Source: Corallochytrium limacisporum Hawaii
Lineage: Eukaryota; Protista; Pluriformea
DNA: 64,000 nucleotides
Direction of reading: 5' to 3'
Assembly: GCA_002811645.1 (NCBI GenBank)
Contig: PDIP01000027.1
Coordinates: 65,216-129,215 of the forward strand
Within the stretch, counting starts at the first letter, position 1. Every line of letters begins with the position of its first letter. Below, one piece after another: positions 10,375 to 19,100 of this stretch. The notes under the pieces are model-generated. The model was given only the letters and a program-made list of their open reading frames with translations, was not told where the DNA came from and ran no database searches. Made by a program: the position numbers and the translations under genes.

Positions 10375-10738
10375 TTGACCTGGGCCGGCTAACCATTGCC
10401 CCCCCTTTGAGGCGAAATCGGGACCTATATTTGGACGGAGACCCTACTCACTTTCATTGATTCCTTAACTAGAGTGGGGGAGGGTCCCCCAGTAGGACGG
10501 ACGGGGGAGCAGGGGGAAAAGGGAATGTGTCCGCTAAGGATCGAATTGGCAGCGAAGCCATCTCCAGTGCGAGCTTTGAGGCAGTTGCGAAAATGCAGCA
10601 AATCGACGGGCTCGGATCTTGAGAAGATTTGCGTCACACAGAGAGTTTGGAATCGAGACTTTGCGCTCAAACATCTAGGCTGTATCTAAACTGTGCTTTT
10701 GAAAAATAGAAAATTGTAGTGAATAGTTTTGTATCAAG

Positions 10739-10847
10739 GTATCTAAGGAAGCCTGATGGCTGTGTGGTGGAGAATTGTAGATTTCAGTCGTAAGCGCAAC
10801 AGAGTATCACTATCATGTCGAGCAGATTTTCACTCCAATTTTCACAG
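10739..10847 (+). other. predicted 5'UTR intron of zinc-finger-like gene
   Basis: CAAG|GTATCT donor; CCAATTTTCACAG| acceptor (alternative 10862). Confidence 0.5.
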
Positions 10848-10925
10848 CAAGACTTCTTCTAGATACGGTGACCAAGCAGGTAAAACGTGCTAAAGAGATC
10901 CACTTTGTACGAGAATGCAGAAATC

Positions 10926-11639
10926 ATGACTGCAGGGCAGAATGGACCGCCTATTATCCCATTCAAAGAGCGCATCCGGGCCCCACTGGCTCGGTATTGT
11001 GATGGAGTGGGACACTTGCTGGCACAGCACTGTCCAGTGAGCTCCGATAGCTGGCAATGCAAAAAGCTCATTCTGGGCGGCCCCTTCATTATGGAGCATT
11101 TCCGAGAGCACCACTTGGACAGCGGATACGGTATTCCTCGAGGATCCGTATGCTTGTGGTGCCAAGCAGCAAATGATCGCGGTGATCCCGGTCTGGCTAA
11201 GCAATGGATCCGTAAGGCGATGGCAGATGATGGAGTGGATCCGGACAAGGCCTTTGTCATTGATGTTGACAAACTGCCGACGTGGAATTTGTTTCTGGAC
11301 CAGCATGTCTTCCGCTACCATGAGTCTAGACGGGTTCCGAAGATAAGAGACTCCAACATTGAGTCTGAACCAGCCAAGCAGCAGAGACTTATGAAGGCGA
11401 AGGCTCTGCGCAAGGTTCGGCTACAAGAAGCTCGAAGCCCGATAGTAGCCAACTATGGGCGGCCAGCAATTACCGTCAATTCACCACAGAATGTGGTAGA
11501 TGTCTCCGCATATGGTACGGATGGCTATGTTCAAAGCACCCAAACCAATCCGGCACGAGGAAACTACTATGTTCAAGCGAGCCCCTGTGTCCAAGGTTTT
11601 GTTGACATGCATCAACATCACAAAGCGGGGTCCAGCTGA
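10926..11639 (+). CDS. hypothetical protein with atypical C2H2-like zinc fingers
   Basis: 237 aa from the first in-frame ATG; CPVSSDSWQC...HFREHH and CLWC...HVFRYH, followed by a basic stretch. Confidence 0.55.
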   Translation: MTAGQNGPPIIPFKERIRAPLARYCDGVGHLLAQHCPVSSDSWQCKKLILGGPFIMEHFREHHLDSGYGIPRGSVCLWCQAANDRGDPGLAKQWIRKAMADDGVDPDKAFVIDVDKLPTWNLFLDQHVFRYHESRRVPKIRDSNIESEPAKQQRLMKAKALRKVRLQEARSPIVANYGRPAITVNSPQNVVDVSAYGTDGYVQSTQTNPARGNYYVQASPCVQGFVDMHQHHKAGSS

Positions 11640-11761
11640 TGTGCACTTATCAGTGCGGCTCTGCGCCACGTACCAGCACCAAAGGACAGTCACTTTTTCT
11701 CTTCCCCCCTCCCCCCCCGGCCCTCCCCCGGGGCGTATTTCGCAGAAACTCATCTGATCCT

Positions 11762-12514
11762 ATGCCTTTGACAGAGTGCGTTCGCCAGGGGAGGGGGAAG
11801 GGAGGGCAGCCAACTAATTTTGGCTGTTGCCGTCTGAACAGCGCAACGGACACCCGCACATCGACCAATTCCCGAAAAAGTGGAGTTTGCTACAGAAGCG
11901 GGGAATGACGATACTATCGAACCCTTGGACATATTGGTGGGTTGGAGGTGGGAAGTTAAAATCGGGGCTGCGGCTTTATCTACCGGCTTCGCAGGAGGTC
12001 TTTGGTCACGACCTTCTGAACTCGCATTTGGAACAACCCCACGTAAGAAATGGACCAGCTTTGTCGTGTTACGTATTTCCCGGTATGGCTATGTCTCAAG
12101 TACAGGCTCTTGTAATACCTAGTTTACTTGATGCGTTTTCATGCTCACACATCAGCTGGCGTATCTCACTTCAACCGATCCATCTACTTGGGAATCACAC
12201 AGCAGTATTTCTGAATACCACACTTGGACACCGAATGCCGGTCATTTTGACCAGCAAGCTCAGGCATTCCAATGGAGTTGGAGAAAGTACGGTTCCCTTC
12301 GGAGCTTCACATTAGTGGAGGGAGGAAGAGGCACTTATACCCGGCCACCTCGTCTGCACATGTCGATACGTACGTAAACCACCGCCACCAGACGATTCAA
12401 GACCTAGAATCATCATTGGCCAAAACTTGGCAGGAATCAGCACACGGATCTTCTTTGGGGACAGGTCGAATTTTGGACTGTCAAACCCCTTGTGATCTCC
12501 CGATCAGAGAATGA
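11762..12514 (+). mobile_element. decayed non-LTR retrotransposon (L1/Tx1-like) reverse transcriptase remnant
   Basis: RT-like motifs in correct order across shifting frames: PLTECVRQG (11765), NDDTI (11904), SGLRL (11962), YLGI (12185), a W..GR-like segment, CDLPIRE (~12490); stops and frameshifts between them. Confidence 0.55.
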
Positions 12515-12747
12515 CACAAGGCATTCTATTGTGACGGTTGGCCGCATCTTTGCCATACGGAAGGGGGCGGGAAGTAACAGGGAATGGGGGAGGGGCCGAC
12601 GGGACACCGGGTTCAAAGGGATCTGGGGTCTATTTAATTTTGAGCAGAAGATAAATTTAGGCCCCTATTCCGATCAGAGTTCCCTTGGGTTCGCGCGCGA
12701 AAATTCTCCTTGCCATTCAACTGATCTGCGGGGTGTTTGAGGGGGCG

Positions 12748-12893
12748 GTGCGTGACCGTCTTAAGCAAGCCACCGTTCGGCTTACGATCACCGACAGTTT
12801 GAATAGCCACATTCTGATCTTTATGGCTGCCTTCCGAAGCTAAGATATTTCTTGACAAAATTCTTATCACTCTAAACGAGGGATCCTTTTCAG
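12748..12893 (+). other. predicted 5'UTR intron of SLD5
   Basis: GCG|GTGCGT donor; CTAAAC branch-like element near 12872; ATCCTTTTCAG| acceptor. Confidence 0.6.
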
Positions 12894-12935
12894 ACAACAC
12901 GATAACCTGTGAACGAGTAGTGAGGAGAAACTACC

Positions 12936-13631
12936 ATGGATAGCTATAGTGATCAATACAATGGAGAAGAGCATGGCACGGTCAGTGTAGTAGATTCTAT
13001 GCGTAGGGCATGGCTAAATGAACAGCACTGCCCGGAATTTCTGCCCTATATGCAGAACTTGGTGGAGCAACTAAAAGGGGTGCTGGACAAACGACAGGCC
13101 GAAATTGACAGTGTCGGAAACCATAACCTTGATGATTACCTCACGGCCAACATTATGCAGACGGAATTAGAACGGATTGTTTTTATGTTGCGCAGCTATT
13201 TTCGTGTACGACTATGGAAGATTCAAAAACATCCCGCTCTCATGCAGGAGCGAATCAACGAACCCGGACTGCTGTCAGTGAGCGAGCAAGGATTCCTTAA
13301 CACTTACATTCGGATTCTAGAAGGACACTTGGAAAATAGTTTTACAGCAGACCTTCCAGACATGTTGAAGGCACATTTGAACAGGAGATCACATCAAGAC
13401 GAGACAGCCTTCCCACAGCCACCAACCGCAATGGACCCACATTCAATTTCTGAGCCGAATCTAGACCAGTTCGTGCTGGTCGAGGCATTGGAAGACTGTT
13501 TCGCTCTAGAACTGAACGACAATGCGCTGGACGCACACGCGAAGCATACCCTTCACAAGGGAGAAAAAGCAGTGCTACGGTACCGCAAGGTAGCGGAGTA
13601 CATGAACCGGGATCATTTGCAATTGATATGA
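12936..13631 (+). CDS. GINS4: GINS complex subunit SLD5
   Basis: 231 aa; AWLNEQHCPEFLPY, ELERIVFMLRSYFRVRLWKIQK, PNLDQFV. Confidence 0.95.
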   Translation: MDSYSDQYNGEEHGTVSVVDSMRRAWLNEQHCPEFLPYMQNLVEQLKGVLDKRQAEIDSVGNHNLDDYLTANIMQTELERIVFMLRSYFRVRLWKIQKHPALMQERINEPGLLSVSEQGFLNTYIRILEGHLENSFTADLPDMLKAHLNRRSHQDETAFPQPPTAMDPHSISEPNLDQFVLVEALEDCFALELNDNALDAHAKHTLHKGEKAVLRYRKVAEYMNRDHLQLI

Positions 13632-13780
13632 AATAATATGCAACTCATCCCACCATTAGACACCCTAAGCCATTGCTCGTACATTTCTCCTAGTGGGTAT
13701 GTCTTTCATCTTTATACTTTCAAGAATAATTTTGTGCTGCAGCTCCTGAAGATGAGTTTTTTGCTGCTTTCCTGGCCTGT

Positions 13781-14460
13781 TTAGTGCGTCTGGGACGGGT
13801 GACGAAATGCCACCGGTAGAGGGTGGTCAGTGTCTGTGGAAAATATTCCCGGCGTCTTGCAGAGGCTGCGGTTCTGTGCGATGCGCTCCTGCACTCGTAG
13901 AGCCAGCTCAGTCTGCACCCCCACGCCTGCCAGTGCACTGTAGTACTCGCGACGGCGCAGAACCTCGACTGTGTGCTCATCATCCACAGAGGAACTGGAA
14001 TAGGGCACATTCACCGCCGCGGGAGCAGTACTATTCATTGTTTCTTACTGTATGTCCGATTTACAGTGAAGCCTTCAAAGAAGAGTTCCGCCGGGTCGCA
14101 GGCCGCAATCTTGTTCTTCCCAATGCGTTCAAATCTCGCATTCCGAAGAAGCGAATTCATAGGAACTTCTTTAACTTCGGTAACGATGTTTACGATGTGT
14201 ACGTTACCAGTGGATCCACCCTCGATCATTGAGACTGCAGCCATTGCAGTCTTTGGCGCATGTTGCGATGGCAAGGTGGTTGGCATAGGGGCCATGATTG
14301 GAACCTCTTTGAATAGTGACACCGGGTCCCCTTAGTCTATGAAGTGGTCTCTCACATAATCATCAAAGTGACTGTTCTTGGTGCTGCATAGTGATTCGAC
14401 GAAGTCGCTGGTCAGGTTCCCGGCAGTCTCGTACTTTTCTGACTGAGGCACCCTTTGCAT
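13781..14460 (-). other. locus of three chained short ORFs (14460-14332, 42 aa; 14295-14035, 86 aa; 14038-13781, 85 aa); multi-peptide gene or pseudogene
   Basis: ORF1 and ORF2 share a frame and are separated by one TAA (14332-14334); the ORF2 TGA overlaps the ORF3 ATG (ATGA); a strong leader intron lies upstream. Confidence 0.45.
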
Positions 14461-14517
14461 GCTGTAGAACTATTTCACGGAAGGGTAACAAATGAGTGAC
14501 AAACAACGGTACCAGGG

Positions 14518-14610
14518 CTGAAAATAAGAAAGGAACGGAACATGAAAGCAATCCGCGGTAGCAGTGATTCGGGCTTCCGTAGTGTTTGTGGTGCACGAAA
14601 CCGTCCTCAC
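14518..14610 (-). other. predicted 5'UTR intron
   Basis: AAG|GTGAGG donor at 14610; strong tract TGTTCCGTTCCTTTCTTATTTTCAG| ending at 14518. Confidence 0.7.
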
Positions 14611-15206
14611 CTTAGCCCCCGTGGCCTGCGCACACCAGTGACCGTCCGAACCCGCTGCCGCTCGCCGAAATGCCAATACAATCGACACATAAAATCAAAT
14701 CACAAATCTATATAAATAATGAGTATTTTCTGCATTGAGACCACGTCAATTAAACTACAACAAATCCAAGCAAAATGTACTATGTGATTTAAAGTTTAGA
14801 CTGATTGCAAATATTCCAAATATACCCCTTGCAGCCAATGTGAGACAGCCCTTCACAGTCGGTACTTCAAACAGCGGCGTACATCTTTGTTTTTTGCCAG
14901 ACTCTATATTGAAAGTACTGGGGGCACGCGTGCATAAACAAAATGCCAAGGAAAGTCAAGCTCTTTGCGGTGGAGAGAGCAGTACGAAAGCCAGTACACC
15001 CGGCCCCGCATTGGGGATCACCGGGTATGGTCAGGTGTCACACACAGAGGCAACACCCTTTGTGAGATCCAAAATTCACAGCACCCACGGGGTCACTTGG
15101 TCCCACCTTTGGGCGCTGAATGGCGCAGTGTGGTAAGGCTGAGGATCCGTTCTGTTTTGGAAAGTTTATAGAAGAGTTCTTGGACAATTGTCTCTAAATA
15201 ATCGAA

Positions 15207-15382
15207 GTAAGTAGCAACACACGCCGGAGAGTTAATAGTCCTATGGGCAAGCTATGGCAATTGTTGTTATATGTAGCGTCATGTTTTTTATGGTATGTAA
15301 GTAAACAAAGCAAGTGAAAGGAATGGAAATCATTGTTATGTCCTTTATAGCATATGCATGTGTCTGGGTCGTTTTAGTTTAG
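15207..15382 (+). other. predicted 5'UTR intron(s) of ATP synthase d
   Basis: donors GAA|GTAAGT 15207, GTG|GTAAGG 15133, ATG|GTATGT 15293; acceptors TTTATAG 15350 and GTTTTAG/TTTAG 15377/15382 just before the ATG. Confidence 0.55.
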
Positions 15383-15387
15383 CAAAT

Positions 15388-15882
15388 ATGTCTAGCTCAA
15401 AAATCGCCAACCTGCTCAAGAGCCACCCCGATTGGGCTGCCATTGGTAAGAAGGTGGCTCCTGCCGCGTACGCAGAGTTCAATGGTCTCCGAAAGCGCTA
15501 CGATACTGTCCGGGAGAAGCTGATACAGACTTCCGAGACACCTGCGGCCATTGACTGGGACTTTTACAAGAAGCAGACTGCCAACCCCGAAATGATCGAC
15601 GAGTTCAAGGAAGTTTACGAGGCTGCTGATTTCAGCAAGGCTGGGAACAGTGCAGACCTCGAGAAAGCTGCCAAGGATTTGGCCGCCAAGCGCGAAGCAA
15701 GCATGAAGGGCGCTGCCGAAGTGGCACAACGGGCACGTGACGCAGTCGCCAAGCTGCAGGCTGACCTGGCTGTGATTGAGGGACAGAAGAAGATCAGTGA
15801 ACTGACTACCACTGACATTCTAAAGGAGAACCCTCAGTACAAGGCAGAATGGGAATCCAAGATGGCTAAGGGAGAGTGGTAA
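15388..15882 (+). CDS. ATP5PD: mitochondrial ATP synthase subunit d
   Basis: 164 aa; DWAAI, PAAIDWDFYK, MIDEF and terminal GEW motifs. Confidence 0.9.
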   Translation: MSSSKIANLLKSHPDWAAIGKKVAPAAYAEFNGLRKRYDTVREKLIQTSETPAAIDWDFYKKQTANPEMIDEFKEVYEAADFSKAGNSADLEKAAKDLAAKREASMKGAAEVAQRARDAVAKLQADLAVIEGQKKISELTTTDILKENPQYKAEWESKMAKGEW

Positions 15883-16192
15883 GCTGCGCCATATGTATAT
15901 TGTCCACTCTGCCATGCAACAAACAAACCTATGGTAGGGTCAAACGGGATGCAGGCTTTGTCGTAGATTCCATGCAGAATGACAAGGACCTATCACTTTT
16001 CTTCATGAATTAGTAGAAGAATGTTGAACTCTAAGAAAGATTGAATACCCTTTCTTGAGTTGGAGATTGCCATGGGGTGACCCTAAACCCACACATCACA
16101 ACCAAAGCACGATTGCTGAATATCAAATAAATTCTAAAAAACATTGAATTTCATAACAGTACAAGATTTTCTATTTCCTATCCACGCGGTGT

Positions 16193-19100
16193 TTAGTCCA
16201 ACGATGATGACACCTCGCTTTCATTACCATCTTCCACCTCTATATTGTTTTGCAGCAACTGCAGTTCTCCCTTGGTCGCATTCAGCAGGACATAGTCTCC
16301 TGTGCTTACCAGTTGCGTCACGCCAGGCACACTGACAATGCACGGAATACCGTATTCGCGGGCACACAAGGCACCATGGCTAAGAAGCCCACCAGACTCC
16401 GTAACGATGCCCTTTAGCATGGGAAAATACGGGCTCCAACCAATGTCCATGGACGTGATAACTAAGATGTCGCCGTAGCGGAGCACCGGAGCATCACCCA
16501 GATCAGTCAAGACCCTGGCACGGCCTGTAACCTGACCCTTACACGCCGGCAGACCCCGAAGGGTACCTTCAAGGATCTTCCGCGCTGCTAAGACCGCAGA
16601 GGACAGCGTTTGCGTGCGCATGCGACCAATGATGGGATTTGGCGTCCCAATGGTTAGCATCGGGAAACGGACTTTTCGCTGGGTCGTGTCAAACTGTCGC
16701 TTCCGCTTGATGGCATTCAGAATGATAGCCTCACTGCGGCGCGCGCGTTGGTTGCTCGAAGGAAGTATAGACGGAGACTTCGGACTCTGCGGTGCAGCAC
16801 CATCGCGAGTTGGACTGCGGAACCGATTACCACCCAACGACCGCTGATCTTCGGAGGCCATGAAGCACAACCGTTGAATCTCAGTGTGGGTCATAAAGTA
16901 CAGAAGTTCCGCAGCCGGCAGGTCGCCTTGTACGGCCAGCATCTCTGCGAGTGTACGATAGCCTCGGCGCAAGGTCAGTGCTACCTCGATGGCAAAGCTC
17001 TTACCGCGATCACGGTCCCGCATAGCTGCCAGAGCAAGGCGACGGACTGGGATTAGAGCCAGACGACGTGCATAGGAGAGCGAAGTGTTGAGCTGAGTAG
17101 TTCCTAGCGTGTCGCTCCTGGGGCTACTGTTGTCATGGCCACTTATGCTTGCCAGGGACGACAAATCACGAGGAGTTGAGCCAGGCGTGCTACACCTTGA
17201 TCTCGCGCCCTTCCCGTCTGGAGTGGATGTGATCTCCTCACCTACAAAACTAACCTCGTTCCTCAGGCGGTCGCCGTGTTCAACAGCTAGTTTTCGAATG
17301 GCGCCAATCACATCAAGTGGATCCTCACGCCAGGTACGACTCATGAGCTCGACTTCATTGCTGCATCGGTGGCCGTGAGCCTGCAGGAAGGCCTCAAACA
17401 GGCGCCCGGCAGGAGTGCTACCTTCAAGCAAGAAAGTCAACAGTTCGGACCTACTTGACTCTTCGACCGGCTTCATACCGTACGCTTCGAGATCGACCAT
17501 GGTTTGAGCCGCCAGTTTTTCCAGAGACCGTGCTATATCAGGAGCCATTCCACTATCAACTGCACTACCCCAGCCACCACCCCAGAGTCCGTCTGCTCGG
17601 TTGCCCAAGAGCTCGGCAAGGTCGGCGTAGTGTTCGACCGTCCACTTCCCGGAATCCATACTGGATCCTTCATCGTTGAGAATGTGGAGCAAAAGATTTG
17701 TCCAATGACCACAGCGAGCGGTCAAAGCGACCAGACAGGACCAGACCTGCCGATACAGCTGTAGATAGGAATCAATTTCCATGAACAGCTCAGCGGCGTC
17801 ATTGACGTAGCGCGCACTGAGCCTGCGTTCGTCAAAGCGTTCATGCTTCTTCTGCAGATCCTGCAGTATCTGGTTCGTTCGGGCCAGGCATAGCAGAAAG
17901 CGCACAAACGCTGCACGCTTCTGACCTGACGTCATTGAGTCCCCTTCAGTGAACATTTCTAGGTCTTTGAAGGGAATCTCAGTGATGACCCTGCCGCAAA
18001 GAGTCATGTCCATAGCCGCCTTGGACGTGTAAGCCGTCCGCGTATGAAATACTGCACAAGTATACAAATTCAGGAAGGAATTGTTGCGAAAGATGGGCAA
18101 AAATTTTTGAGTGTCCATGTGTGTATCCATAATGCCAGAACTACGCAACAGGTCCTGAATACCATGCTCTAGAGCGACCGCAAAGGTACTCAGCGTCAAT
18201 GGTGTCATTGCAGTCGGCATCAGCTCGCTAATGGTTGATCTCGACAACCACTCACCCTCAGAGGCAAGAGGAGTGTCAAACTCTGTGCCGATTAGATCAT
18301 TCTCCACAGGAGCGCCTTCTGTCACTGGTCGACATTGCAACAAGTAGACTTTACCGGTGTTTGATATACCGTCCCATGTGACCACAAACTCAACGGCTCG
18401 GCCCGATCCACTAAAATAACGCTCCACAACAGCACCGACACAGCACACTCTTTGTACAAGAGCTTCCAGTGCGTCCCTGGGAATACCTGCTATTATTCCA
18501 TCATCGTTCCCCATCTTCTTCAATATAGAAGTCGATCTCATGCCACTGGGGGGCTTCTTCGGTGGTGTGTCCATGATTCCCACGGAATCAATACTCTTTC
18601 GTTTGACGGAGTTGATGGTCTGGCTTGATCTACGCCGGACCAGGGGATGTCCGGAGGAAGGTAAGTACTTCTGGATTACGAAGTCCGTCAGCAACGAGTC
18701 ATCCTGGCTCTCTGGGGGTCTCGGAAACTTCTCAAGCACATCAAGCCAAATCGGCCTGCACACATAGTAGGTATCAGGGTTTCCCGAGCCATCAGTTGCA
18801 CCGGTGCCAATCCCATCAACTGTGCTGATGACCATGTGGGTGATTGCTGCGTCCCTTTCGCTATCCTCCCGAACATTACCATCCTTGCTACGCTGGCTCA
18901 TCCGCTTGGGTATCATCGCTTCTTCCTTCGTTTCTTCTTCGGTATCTACCAAGGACTCATCTGACGTTACGAGAAGACCACTTAGGGCAGGTCCAGTCAC
19001 CATTGCCTGTATAATGACCGCTATACCAGGGTCTATCTCGAGATCCATACTCAGTCTTTGGAGGACCGTGGCATACTCGAACTGCGATGCCCAGCACTGC

